A stretch of DNA of 63,733 nt, the filler included, from Octopus bimaculoides (Eukaryota): assembly GCF_001194135.2 (NCBI RefSeq). It is 4 parts of 4 records of this genome, joined end to end, with 100 filler letters (N's around TTAATTAATTAA, not from the genome) between each part and the next. Parts side by side here need not be neighbours in the genome. Positions count along the whole stretch, not along the records: positions 1 to 20,704 come from NC_069003.1; positions 20,805 to 39,380 come from NC_068996.1; 2 more parts are not named here. One strand, written 5' to 3'. Below the pieces are notes generated by a model. The model saw only the letters and a program-made list of their open reading frames with translations. It did no database searches and was not told the DNA's origin. The position numbers and the translations under genes are program-made. This document shows, in pieces, positions 11,926-22,530 of this stretch. Position 1 is the stretch's first letter; the number at the start of each line of letters is the position of its first letter.

Positions 11926-11963
11926 CTGTCCGATGAACGGGAACGTGAAACTCAGAGTAACGG
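11926..11963 (+). ncRNA. Minimal type I hammerhead-ribozyme-like motif (Penelope/retrozyme-type)
   Basis: ctgt-CCGATGA-acg(ggaa)cgt-GAA-ACTC(a)GAGT-A-acgg: helix I ctgt/acgg, helix II acg/cgt, palindromic helix III, GUA cleavage triplet. Core U4 is replaced by C. Confidence 0.65.
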
Positions 11964-12069
11964 CTTTTTTTGTTATATTTCTGCTGCTTTTAAATAAAGC
12001 ATATTACTCTACCTCTGGTATTTGAGTACTCTTTTTTCCACCTTGTTGCACATTTCATGTGCTTACTCC

Positions 12070-12103
<34 letters not shown>

Positions 12104-12266
12104 TATGAATTTGTTTTGCAAGAATTCTGATGTGAAATCATGTGTTGAAACAGACATTGTTATATTTGGGGATGGTTATTTTTTTTGTTATAGTACATGT
12201 GGTTAATTGGCAAGAAAAAAAAAAAAATAATAAAAATGACCATCCCTAAAAATTACAAGATATATA

Positions 12267-13513
12267 TAGGGTCATCCCATAAATAATGTAGTTTTTTTTA
12301 TACTTCTTTTATTTTTCAAAATTAAGATAAAGAAAGTTCTTTCTTAATCTAAAATATACTCTCCTTCATTTTCTACAATTCTCTTCCATCTATCTGGTAG
12401 ATGGAAGGCCCCTCTTCCAAAATTCGCTTGCCGTGTCAAAAATTACTCCCCCAGTACTGTTCTGACCTCATCTACAGAATTCATATTTTTTCCATCCAAA
12501 TGATTTTGAAGACTGTGACATAAATGATAATCAGATGGGGCAATGTCCAGCAAATATGGTGGGTGGAGTATTGTTTCCCATTCAAACAGCTCCAGTCTTT
12601 CGAATGTCATCCTCGCTGTATGTGGCCAAGCATTATCCTGATGGAAGAACACCTTCTGTCTTGAAACCAAAGATGGTCGTTTTTATTCTAGTGCACTCAA
12701 ACTGCTTGCAGTAGATCTCCTTTGTTATCATTTGGTTTGGGTTTAAAAGTTCAAGGTCGACAAAACCTTTCATATCCCACCAAACAGGTAACAATACCTT
12801 ACATGGGTGAAGACGTTCTTTAGCCTGGGGTGCCGATGTTTCTCCTTTCCCTATCCACTGTCCCTGACACTATACATTTTCAAAGAGAACCCATTTCTCG
12901 TCACCAGTCACTATTCAGTCCAAAAAAGGTTCATTCGTGAGATGTTACACCAAAGAGAACACATTCACACTTGGAAAGTTTGTGATGAACCCATTGACCC
13001 AATTTGCTGACTTTTCTGATGGCATGCAGGTGTCGATGAATGGCTGAATGACCAAATCCAAGCTTCTCTGCTAGTTCCTTAACAGTTATGATGGGATTTT
13101 GTTCCACCAGGGTTTGCAGGACATCCTTGCCAAGCTCTACAGATCTTCCAGGATGAGGCTCGTCTTCTAGGCTGTAGTTTCCAGCTCAGAATTTCTGGAA
13201 CCACCGTTGACACTGGCTTATGCATATTGTCCTACCCCCATATACTGCACTAACATTCCTTGCACTTTCCATTGCATTGTTGATTTTATTGAACTCATAA
13301 AGCAAAATATGCTCCTTTGTCACTTCCATTATAGCTTTGACAAAATAACTGCTAAAATCAAACTGCACTCTTCAAAACTTGCACTAAGAATAAGGACAAG
13401 GTAAAATTACTACTAGCTTTTATAGCAAGTTGATGCAGGTAATTTATCCCGTCCCCCCTCCAATTTTTAGTTCATGTAATTGAAAAAACCACATTATTTA
13501 TGGGATGACACAA
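12267..13513 (-). mobile_element. Full-length degenerate mariner transposon (~1.25 kb)
   Basis: TIRs tagggtcatcccataaataatgtagttttt and aaaaaaccacattatttatgggatgacacaa, flanked by TA. Minus-strand remnants ILLYEFNK..NAMESARNVSAVYG..CQRWFQKF (HTH) and FFHQDNAWPH...HPPYLLDIAPSDYHL (DD34D). Frameshifts and stops present. Confidence 0.95.
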
Positions 13514-13519
13514 TATATC

Positions 13520-13910
13520 TTTCATCTTTTACTTCTTTCAGTGATTAGACTGTGGCCATGCTGGGGCACTGCCTTGAAGACTTTTTAGTTGGATGAATTG
13601 ACCCCAGCACTTTTTAAAAAAAAAACCCTGGTATTCATACTATTGGCCTTTTTTACCGAACCAAACCTCTAATTTACATGGATGTGAACACACCAACACT
13701 GGTTGTCAAACAGTAGTAGATGACAAACTCAAACACATACATAAATGCAGACACGTATCTATGACGGGCTTCTTTCAGTTTCCATCTACCAAATCCACTC
13801 ACAAGGCTTTGGTTGGCTCAAAGCTATAGTAGAAGACACTTGCCCAAGGTGCCACACAGTGAGACTGAACCTGGAACCATGTGATTGAGAAGCAAGCTTC
13901 TTATTGTGTC
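13520..13910 (-). mobile_element. SINE family A
   Basis: Reverse complement of family A tail, body and head motifs. Confidence 0.8.
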
Positions 13911-14132
13911 TGTACTTGCATGTATGTGTGTGTGTGTGTATCTTTGTGTTTGTCCCCAACTCCCAACAACTGCTTGACAACTGGTGTTGGTTTTGTTACA
14001 TCTCTGTAACTTAGCAGTTCAGCCAAAAAGATTGAGAAAATATGTACAAATCCAGAAACAAATGTGGATTTGTTCAATTAAATCCATCAAGGTGGTGCCC
14101 CCAGTATGGCCACAGTTCAATGACTGAAAGTG

Positions 14133-14164
<32 letters not shown>

Positions 14165-14171
<7 letters not shown>

Positions 14172-14570
14172 AGGCTGTGTGGTAAGAAGCTTGCATCCTA
14201 ACTGCATGGTTCCAGGTTCAGTCCCATAGCGTAGCACCTTGGGCAAGTATCTTCTACTATAGCCTCAGGCTGACCAAAGCCTTGAGTGGATTTGGTTGAT
14301 ATATATATATGACAAGCTTCTTTCAGTTTCCATCAACCAAATATATATGCACACACACCCATTGTGTCTGTCCCCGACCACTGTCGCTTGACAACCAATG
14401 TTAGTGTGTTTACGTCCCTGTAACTTAGCAGTTCAGCAAAAGACCACTAGAATAAGTACTCAGCTTACAAAGAATAAGTCCTGGGGTCAATTTCTTCGAC
14501 TAATAACCTTTCAAGGCAGTGCTCCAGCATGGCCACAGTCAAATGACTGAAACAAGTAAAAGAATATAAG
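14165..14570 (+). mobile_element. SINE family A
   Basis: ggctgtgtggtaagaagcttgc ... aaatgactgaaacaagtaaaag. Confidence 0.8.
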
Positions 14571-15367
14571 AGATGTGATGAGGCAGGGGATGGTCACTGT
14601 TGGAATGTCTTTGATCATAAACTTGCTTAATCACCTCTGACCTGGGGCTAAATAATAGCTATAACAGCAACAATCTGCCTACAACCCCACCACTACTGTC
14701 TATTTACACCATCAGTAGGGGCTTCTTAGTGGTTGCTCAGCCTGGCAGAAATAGCAGCCAAAATACCCTCTTACAAAAGAACGTTATTGGATAATCTTGT
14801 TCTGGAATCCTTAATACAGGGAAAAGGTGAGGGGGTCATGTTTGGAACATAAGTCTTGAGCATAGGACTGTCGTATGGTTAAACAGCATCAAACCTTTAT
14901 ATTGTCACTCAACCTGCTAGAAATAGCAGCTAAATCTACCTCAAATTTCCCCTCTCCCAACCCATTTACAGTGCTTTAGGGTTTGACCTGGTAGAAATAG
15001 CAGCTAAATCTACCTCCAATCATACCACCACCACCACAACCAGCTCAGTGCTCCTGGGGTTGACCTGGTAAAAATAGCCTATTCTCCTTTAAATTAAACC
15101 CTGCAGTCTGAACAGGACACACTGGATAGTGTGGTCCAAAGATCCTTGTACACAGGAAAAAGACAGGATGATCATGGTTATAACTGAGGTGTCTTCTTTG
15201 ATCTTAGGGTTGCTGGTCAAGTCTGACCCAGGGTTAAACAACATCTACACTAATATTACTATAACCACTACAACAGCCATCAAGTTGCTATTAGCCTCTT
15301 CATGGTCACTCGACCTGCTAGAAATAGCAGCTAAACCTCTGAATTACACCTTGCCTTTTTTCAAACA

Positions 15368-15620
15368 GGGCGGAGGCATGTGGCTTAGTGGTTAGGGTGT
15401 CAGCACCATGATCGTAAGATTGTGGTTTCGATTCCTGGACTGGGCGACGCGTTGTGTTCTTGAGCAAAACACTTCATTTCACGTAGCTCCAGTTCACTCA
15501 GCTGGCAAAAATGAGTAACGCTGCGATGGACTGGTGTCCTGTCCAGCTGGGGATCACATACGCCATTGAAACTGGGAAACCGGGCCCATGTGCCTGGCTA
15601 GGCTTTAAAAGGGCGCATTT
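15368..15620 (+). mobile_element. tRNA-derived SINE, family C
   Basis: tggcttagtggttagg (A box), ggtttcgattcc (B box), then ttgtgttcttgagcaaaacacttcatttcac...ccagttcactcagctg. Related to 48150-48405 and to fragments at 3420-3480 and 3990-4160. Confidence 0.8.
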
Positions 15621-15719
15621 ATTTTATTATTTTTTCAAACAGGACACATAAGATAATGAAGTCCCAAGGTCCTTGTACATAGGAGAAAGGCAGGATAGTC
15701 ATGGTTGGAATGCCTTACC

Positions 15720-16082
15720 TTTTACTTTTTACTTGTTTCAGTCATTAGACTGTGGCCATGCTGGAGCACTGCCCTAAAGCATTTTTAGTTGGATGAACTG
15801 ACCCCAGTATTTATTTATTTTTTTTAAGCCTGCTACTTATTCCATTGCGCCCTTTTGCCAAACTGCTAAGTTATGGGGACATAAACATACCGACACCAGT
15901 TGTCAAGTGGTGGTGGGGTACACACACATACACACAACAGGCTTCTCTCAGTTTCCATCTACTAAATCCACTCAAAAGGCTTTAGTCAGCCTGAGACTTG
16001 CCCAAGGTACCATGCAGTGGGACTGAACCTGGAACCATGGAGTTGGGAAGCAAGTTTCTTACCATACAGCCATGCTTGCACC
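15720..16082 (-). mobile_element. SINE family A
   Basis: Reverse complement of family A motifs. Confidence 0.8.
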
Positions 16083-16989
16083 TTATATATACTTAAGCTA
16101 GAAATAGCAACCAAATTTAACTCAAATCACACCCTCTACTCTCTTAAATAAAGACATCACAGATTACATAGTCTTGTGTCCTGTGTACATAAAAGGAAAA
16201 AAAAAACAGGGTGGTCACAGCTGGAAAGTCTTTGATCTTAGGTTTGTTTGAAAATGGCTGAGCTTGGCGGGAGGAGAAGGGGGCCCAAACAACAACATCA
16301 GCATCATCAATATCAATATTAGTATAACCTGCACAACAGCTTCACCACCACCACCACCCCATGGAGACATCTCCCCCCTCTCTCTCTTTCACATACAACC
16401 AGCAAGTCAGCCAGTTCCCTGTGAAAGAATCCCAACGCAAACAAGCCAGCCCCTTTTCCACAAACAGATCCCTATACTGTTGTTTAGAAGAAAGGATGAC
16501 TAAGCTGGTCAGGTCAGTGTTTAAAGTATGACTCACCACTCACCGCTGCCGCCACCACCACCACTCACTGCCACCAGACAACAAGGGTGCACCTATGCAG
16601 TGGCTCACATGCTAGAAATAGCAATGAAATCTTTCTCAAGATATCAAATTAAAACAACAAAAAAAAAAAAAGTAGAGTATACTGAATAGGTGCATCTATG
16701 CATAGGCTTGGCATGCTAGAAATAGCAATGAAATCTCTCTCGGGATTTTTTTGATTTAAAAAAATTTAAAAAAAAAAAAATAGGTCCCAGATATATAAAA
16801 AGACTAGGTGGCCATATCATAGCTGGAATGTCTTTGATCATCCGGTCAGTTCGGTTAGTTGGGGATAAGAATGACCCAGGGCTGAAATAACCACCACCAC
16901 CACGATGTTACATCAATGATTTAATTCAATTCCAGTCAGTCATGTTGACAATACACCCCTGGGGTGAGTATGTGTGTGTGTGTGTATGT

Positions 16990-17700
16990 GCAGGTGTGGC
17001 CGTATTGTAAGAAACTTGCTTCCCAACCACATTGTTCTGGGTTCAGTCCCACTGCATGGCAAGTGTCTTCTACTATAACTCCAAGCCAACCAAAACCTTG
17101 TGAGTGGATTTGGTAGATGGTAACTGTATGGAAGCCCACTATATATATACATATATATATATATATTCTTTTATTCTTTTATTTGTTTCAGTCATTTGAC
17201 TGCGGCCATGCTGGAGCACCGCCTTTAGTCGAGCAAATCGACCCCGAGACTTATTCTTTGTAAGCCTAGTACTTATTCTATCGGTATCTTTTGCCGAACC
17301 GCTAAGTTANNNNNNNNNNATATATATATATATATATATAAACAATATATGAGTATATGCATATATATGTATATGTATGTACATACCTTCATCTACATGT
17401 ATATATAGGTGCATATCTGGGTACATGACGTTGCAAAAAAACATGGACAAAATGATAAACAAGGTACAAAAAACACACAGGCCACATAGGCGTTTCGAAG
17501 AGTTAGGGCAGGACGCATGTGTGTGTGTGTGCGCGTGTGTGTGCCTCTGGCTTTCTGTTTTGTCTCCCACGACAAAAGAAAATAGAATAAACAATCAGAC
17601 TTCAAAAAGGATAAGAATTTGGGTCGATTCATTTGACTAAAACCCTTCATCGTAGTGCCCCAGCATGGCCGTAGTTTAATGACTGAAACCAGTAAAAGAC
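16990..17700. mobile_element. Fragments of SINE family A (plus-strand head 16990-17150, minus-strand tail 17165-17309, plus-strand tail 17540-17700) around a 10-N gap
   Basis: Family A motifs in both orientations. Confidence 0.7.
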
Positions 17701-18296
17701 AAGATACAAGCATGTGAGAGAGAGAGAGAAAAAAAAAGAGACAGAGAGAGAAAGTGAGATTGAAGCAGAGAGAGAAAGAGAGAGCGAGAGAGAGAGAGAA
17801 ATAGAGGGGCAGAGAAAATGACCAAGGAGGGATGTCTGTGTATTTGGGTAAGAGGGTAGAATCAGGGTGTCCTGAGAAATGGGTAGACAGGGGTAGCCAC
17901 CACCAACACCGCTTGGAGGATGAGGATGAGGATGAGAGTGAGTGGATGCCATTGTATGGTGGTGGGGGTGTGCATATACATGCGGATATATCAGTGCACA
18001 CACACACACACACACGCACTTGTGCGTGTGTGTGCGTGTGTCAGACACTGGCTCAGCTGGAATGAGGAAGAATACAAGTGATCTTGCTAACAGTGACCCC
18101 ACACATATTACAACGATGTCACAGTGTGACAGAAACGGAAAGAAAAGGGGCACTGAGATAGAGATAGAGAGAAAGAGAGAGAGAGAAAGAGAGAGAGAAA
18201 TGAGAGAAAGAAAGAGAGCAATGAGGAGTGATGGATGTGATGGGAGAGTGAAAGGGTGTGAAGAGAGGGAGAGCAAAGATAGAGAGAGAGTGGAAG

Positions 18297-18360
<64 letters not shown>

Positions 18361-18377
18361 CATACACACACACACAC

Positions 18378-18411
<34 letters not shown>

Positions 18412-18589
18412 GCATTCATAGTAAAGAAATGAAGGAGAGGGGAACCAAAGGATGATGAAAAACGTATAGACAGAGAGGGAGAGAGAAAGCGAGTGCTGAC
18501 TTCAGAGATGCATCAAAGGGAGGGAGACCAGAGAGTGATAACATAGAGGGACAGTGAGAGGTGATGAAGCATCCATAATGGGAGAGAGA

Positions 18590-18725
18590 CAGAGAGAGAG
18601 AAGCAAAGAGGAGTAGAGAGAAAGAGAGAGAGAAGCAAAGAGGAGTAGAGAGAAAGAGAGAGAGAAGCAAAGAGGAGTAGAGAGAAAGAGAGAGAGAAGC
18701 AAAGAGGAGTAGAGAGCAAGAGATA
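18590..18725. repeat. 30-bp purine tandem repeat (gagagagaagcaaagaggagtagagagaaa) x ~4.5
   Basis: Near-identical head-to-tail units with no spacers. Confidence 0.9.
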
Positions 18726-18929
18726 AGAGAAAGAGAAGGTTGGAATAGAGAGAGAGATGGTGATGTAAAAAGACTAAAACTGCATCCTTATTAGAAGTTA
18801 AGCAGGTAGTAGTGGTAGTAGTGGAGTGTATATATATGTGCATACATAGACATCTTGTATCGTTAATTTGTTTCAGTCGTTAGACAACGGCCATGCTGGG
18901 GCACCATCTTGATGAATATTTAGTCGAGA

Positions 18930-19325
18930 GGCGTAGGAGTGGCTGTGTGGTAAGTAGCTTGCTTACCAACCACATGGATCCGGGTTCAGTCCCACTGCGT
19001 GGCACCTTGGGCAAGTGTCTTCCACTATAGCCTCGGGCCAACCAAAGCCTTGTGAGTGGATTTGGTAGACGGAAACTGGAAGAAGCCCGTCGTATATATG
19101 TATTTATATTTGTGTATATGTTTGTCCTCCCCAACATCGCTTGACAACCGATGCTGGTGTGTTTACGTCCCCGTAACTTAGCGGTTCAGCAAAAGAGGCC
19201 GATAGAATAAGTACTAGGCTTCCAAAGAATAAGTCCTGGGGTCGATTTGCTCGACTAAAGGCGGTGCTCCAGCATGGCCGCAGTCAAATGACTGAAACAA
19301 GTAAAAGAGTAAAAAGAGTAAAGAG
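18930..19325 (+). mobile_element. SINE family A, full-length reference copy
   Basis: ggcgtaggagtggctgtgtggtaagtagc (A box), gggttcagtccc (B box), ggcaccttgggcaagtg, an internal microsatellite, and tail ...gactgaaacaagtaaaagagtaaaaagagtaaagag. Confidence 0.9.
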
Positions 19326-19349
19326 AATAAATTGGCCCCAGGACTTGTT

Positions 19350-19655
19350 CTTTAAAGCTTGGTACTTATTCTATCAGTCTCTTTTGTTGAACCACTAAGC
19401 TACTTCGGGGATGTAAACACACCAACACCAGTTGTCAAGCAGTGGTGGGGGACAAACACAGATACAAAGACATACACATATATGTATATATATATATCTA
19501 TATATACAACAGGCTTCTTTCAGTTTCCATCTACCAAATCCACTCACAAGGCTATGGTCAGCCCAAGGCAATAGTAGAAAACACTTGTCCAAGGTGCCAT
19601 GCAGTGGGACAGAACCCAGAACCATGCAGTTTGGAAACAAGCTTCTTATCACTCA
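19350..19655 (-). mobile_element. SINE family A, tail-to-tail with the 18930-19325 copy
   Basis: Reverse complement of the family A body and head. Confidence 0.8.
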
Positions 19656-20457
19656 GCCATGCCAACACCTATACATGTATGTTGTGTGCATGTGGGATAA
19701 CCACATGAATATCATCATCTAACATGTCTTCCATACTGGTATAGGGTGAATGGTTTGAAAGGATCTGGCAAGACACAGAGCCACGCCAAGCCTCAGTGTC
19801 TGCTTTGGCATAATTTTTATGGTTGGATGCCCTTCCTAACATTAATCACTTTACAGTGCATTTTTCATATCACTGGCTCTAGTGAGGTTGCCAAGTAACT
19901 GATGAGAAAACAATAGGAAGAAAGACAAAAAGGGGAAAAGGGAAAAGCCTTCATGATTAATGTGGGGTGGGTTAATATCTGAGTGGAGAATGAAGGGCAA
20001 TGGTTCTAAGCCAGGTGTTGAGTGCTTAAAATACAATGGAAAGTCCAGGTATGTTGCAGGAGAGGAGATACAAAGCTACCTTGTATTATAAAGGTGGGTG
20101 GGACTAGCTGTAAAGATGATAGAGATGGCAGTGGTGGGATGCCAGAGCTTCTTGAGATACATGAAAGTGAGTATGAGAGAGGAGACAGACAGGAGATTGT
20201 AGGGAAGGGGGGGATTTTTATAAGAGTGTGAGGGAGGAATAATAGAAGGTTAAAGATGGGAGTGGAGGTGAATGTATTGAGTGATGAACAAGGGTGGAGG
20301 TGCAGCTAATGGGAAATACCAGAATGGTCTGTTTCTTGAAGTCCAGTGTTGAGAGCAGCTCTCACCAAATTGCCATTCACCATACACATCACACACCTGT
20401 ACCAATACCATCTCCTCTTCATGCACACTACAGTTGATGTGTAGTGGGCGGGTGTGA

Positions 20458-20493
<36 letters not shown>

Positions 20494-20586
20494 CAAAGAA
20501 TATATATGCATGTATACACACATATATGTACATACTTACATCTACATGTGTATATAGATGCATATCAGGGTACAAGACGTTAGAAC

Positions 20587-20704
20587 AATGAACTACAGAC
20601 CACAGAACGAACACATAGGAAAACAGATAGCCACTTGGAATTAATCCTTCGTCAGCTGCCTTATCTGTTTTCCTATGTGTTTATTCCGTGGTCTGTAGTT
20701 CATT
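20587..20704. repeat. Fold-back (~44-bp arms) inside a short repeat element
   Basis: aatgaactacagaccacagaacgaacacataggaaaacagata pairs with tatctgttttcctatgtgtttattccgtggtctgtagttcatt. Upstream motif catctacatgt.tatatag.tgcatatc.gggtaca.gacgtt is shared with ~17390-17430. Confidence 0.75.
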
Positions 20705-20748
20705 NNNNNNNNNNNNNNNNNNNNNNNNNNNNNNNNNNNNNNNNNNNN

Positions 20749-20760
20749 TTAATTAATTAA
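20749..20760. other. Artificial scaffold linker TTAATTAATTAA inside a 100-bp N spacer
   Basis: Exactly 44 N on each side. The palindromic 12-mer gives a stop in all six frames. Identical at 39425 and 61925. Confidence 0.9.
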
Positions 20761-20804
20761 NNNNNNNNNNNNNNNNNNNNNNNNNNNNNNNNNNNNNNNN
20801 NNNN

Positions 20805-20963
20805 GAACTCTGCAAGAAGTTAATAATTTTTTTTGACTAAAACACAACTGGAACCCTAAGTAAAGCATGTGTAAAATTTGAATGAAATTGGTTGCGTAGT
20901 TCTCGAGTTTTAGGGATTCACACAGACAGACGGACACACATTCTCATTTTTATATATATAGAT
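20805..20963 (+). mobile_element. Non-autonomous Helitron-like element, 3' terminus
   Basis: aaaatttgaatgaaattggttgcgtagttctcgagttttag...cacacagacagacggacacacattctcatttttatatatatagat resembles the 3' end of Lep1/DINE-type non-autonomous Helitrons. Confidence 0.6.
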
Positions 20964-21608
20964 TGGGCAAAAGGAGATTTAGCTAAGGGTTTAGGCCAGG
21001 AATGTCGTATAGCAAATGTAGCTGTAACAGATTGGAGGAATTTTTGCCGTGATGTATGTGCAGAGTATTATGCTGCACAAAACATTAAGCTAGGGGGACC
21101 AAACCGAATAGTGGAGATAGATGAAAGTGCGTTTGTTAGAAGAAAATACAATGTTGGCCATCGGGTTAAAACGCAGTGGGTGTTTGGTGCTTTAGAAAGG
21201 GATACGAGATGTTTTTTGGTGGCAGTGGAAGACCGGTCTGCAGACACTCTTTTAGGTATTATACAAGACCGTATATTACCTGGTACAACTATAATTTCTG
21301 ACCTCTGGCGTTCATATAATACACTAAACCAGTTAGGATATAGACATTTAACTGTACCTGAGAACCATCAACATTCTGGTTTTGATGTCCTTCATTCATT
21401 GTCACATCCGGGCATCTCTGTCACAATAAAGCTTGTTACTACTCGGTTCTTTTGGCCCAATATGCGGCGATCGATTGCCTCTTGGGCACGCTCTTGTTTG
21501 AAGTGCCAGAGTACTAAAGTCCATAAACACGTTCGTGTTCCACTTGGACAGTTTTCTTCTCCTGAGGCCCGTTTTCGCCATGTCCACCTTGATTTGTGTG
21601 GATTGTAG
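20892..21608 (+). CDS. Chimeric 238-codon ORF: Helitron-end sequence + Merlin transposase + Gypsy integrase zinc finger (no ATG start, function unproven)
   Basis: One uninterrupted frame in the ORF track crosses both junctions (...YRHLTV|PENHQHSGFDVLHSLSHPG...). It starts at TTG within the Helitron-like end. Confidence 0.3.
   Translation: MRSSRVLGIHTDRRTHILIFIYIDWAKGDLAKGLGQECRIANVAVTDWRNFCRDVCAEYYAAQNIKLGGPNRIVEIDESAFVRRKYNVGHRVKTQWVFGALERDTRCFLVAVEDRSADTLLGIIQDRILPGTTIISDLWRSYNTLNQLGYRHLTVPENHQHSGFDVLHSLSHPGISVTIKLVTTRFFWPNMRRSIASWARSCLKCQSTKVHKHVRVPLGQFSSPEARFRHVHLDLCGL
20964..21355 (+). mobile_element. Merlin (IS1595/ISXO2-like) transposase fragment, open frame
   Basis: DWRNFCRDVC...KLGGPNRIVEIDES.F.RRKYNVG....QWVFG.LER...ILPGTTIISDLWRSY..L...GY.HLTV: the first two catalytic D motifs of the IS1595-type DDE domain. 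The third (HTN.IE) motif is missing. Confidence 0.92.
21356..21592 (+). mobile_element. Gypsy-type integrase N-terminal H2C2 zinc-binding fragment
   Basis: FDVLHSLSHPGISVTIKLVTTRFFWPNMRRSIASWARSCLKCQSTKVHKHVRVPLGQFSSPEARFRHVHLDL: H-x4-H ... C-x2-C followed by the start of the catalytic core. Confidence 0.9.
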
Positions 21609-22205
21609 CATCGTTGGGATCAGCGAAGGTGACAGTGGAATGGTTTTGCAGGCTGTTATATGCCCTCTAGCAATCTGTGATGATCTTAGTTCCTGGTAAA
21701 ACATGTTTGGCGATGATAGGCAACAATGTTGCCGCACTTAAGACACATCTCAGACTCCCCGCTCAACCATCCCAAGAACCCAGTGCCCTTCTCGATAATG
21801 TCCACGGTTGTACTTTCGGTGCATGAATTTCGATTCATCTATTTCGACAACGAGTCCTGCTCCCCCAAGTTCCACAGGATTATCAATGCACCACTCAGCA
21901 CATATATCGCGGAAGTAATTCTACCAGTTGACAATTGCTTCTGATCCAATTTCAAGTTCCTGCATCACAGCACTCTGTTTGATTTCAAATACTGCCCAGA
22001 AAAACATTAACTGGAGGAGGCAAGTTAATGGTAGGTGAGAATCTGCGAAAAACAAATCTCGCCTAATACTACGAGTTCGTTTGCAAACACTACACTCCCA
22101 CAATTTCCCATCAGATACTGTATTGCGCTTTTTCAGGTACATTCTATCATTACAGCATTCCTGCATATTGTGGATTAATCCCACAGATGCCAGGAATTGG
22201 TTTGT
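21592..22205 (-). mobile_element. Second, divergent Merlin transposase relic
   Basis: FLASVGLIHNMQECC...DGKLWECSVCKRTRSIRRD.FF.DSHLPL...NW*NYFRDICAEW..NPVELGGAGLVVEIDESKFMHRKYNRG...WVLGMVER...VLPGTKIITDC*RAY...HTN. Two in-frame stops and a deletion. Confidence 0.9.
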
Positions 22206-22249
22206 TGAATCTGTGATGATCTTAGTTCCTTAGTCTTATGTTGCTCGAC

Positions 22250-22530
22250 TACGCAGTTATTTTTCTGCCCTTCCTCTTATAGGTCCCAAGTGCATGGCTG
22301 TATGTACTTGTGTGCCTTCTCTGTAAATTTTGAATAACACCAACACAGTCTGGACTTTGACTGTGAGGAACGAGATGCAGAACAACTGCGACTGCGCGAT
22401 CTTGAGAAACGCTTACCATCACGACACATCGCATCCATCCTTTTGGTCAGAGTTTCAATTTGTTTAGAAAGGCCATCATCAATTGAGGTTGAAGAAGATG
22501 AAAACTGGCGGGAAAAGTTCTATCGCGTTC
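22250..22530 (-). mobile_element. Gypsy gag C-terminal fragment
   Basis: SSTSIDDGLSKQIETLTKRMDAMCRDGKRFSRSRSRSCSASRSSQSKSRLCWCYSKFTEKAHKYIQPCTW matches the Gypsy gag RSRS-rich stretch and a degenerate CWYH..FG..A..C..PC knuckle. Confidence 0.75.

Larger units (their letters stand above)
14570..16900 (+). repeat. Cluster of an unclassified ~200-bp repeat family (marker (c)tagaaatagcagc...aaatc, tail gatcatagg...ctgacc.ggggctaaacaac)
   Basis: Marker seen about eight times (near 14745, 14918, 14992, 15068, 15318, 16098, 16612, 16716); tail fragments also at ~1580-1660. Other SINEs are interspersed. Confidence 0.65.

Noticed and set aside
16403-16512. Possible plus-strand exon (aaccag| ... cag|gtcagt), QVSQFPVKESQRKQASPFSTNRSLYCCLEERMTKLV
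   Set aside because: An equally plausible splice reading exists on the minus strand, there is no recognisable homology, and no compatible neighbouring exon was found.
18590-18725. 30-bp repeat array superficially like a CRISPR array (also the 5413-5735 minisatellite)
   Set aside because: No unique spacers, eukaryotic context, and no cas-like ORFs.
17393-18843. Long ORFs of 208, 254 and 159 aa
   Set aside because: Built from (GA)n/(CA)n low-complexity tracts that lack stops by composition; no domain is recognisable.
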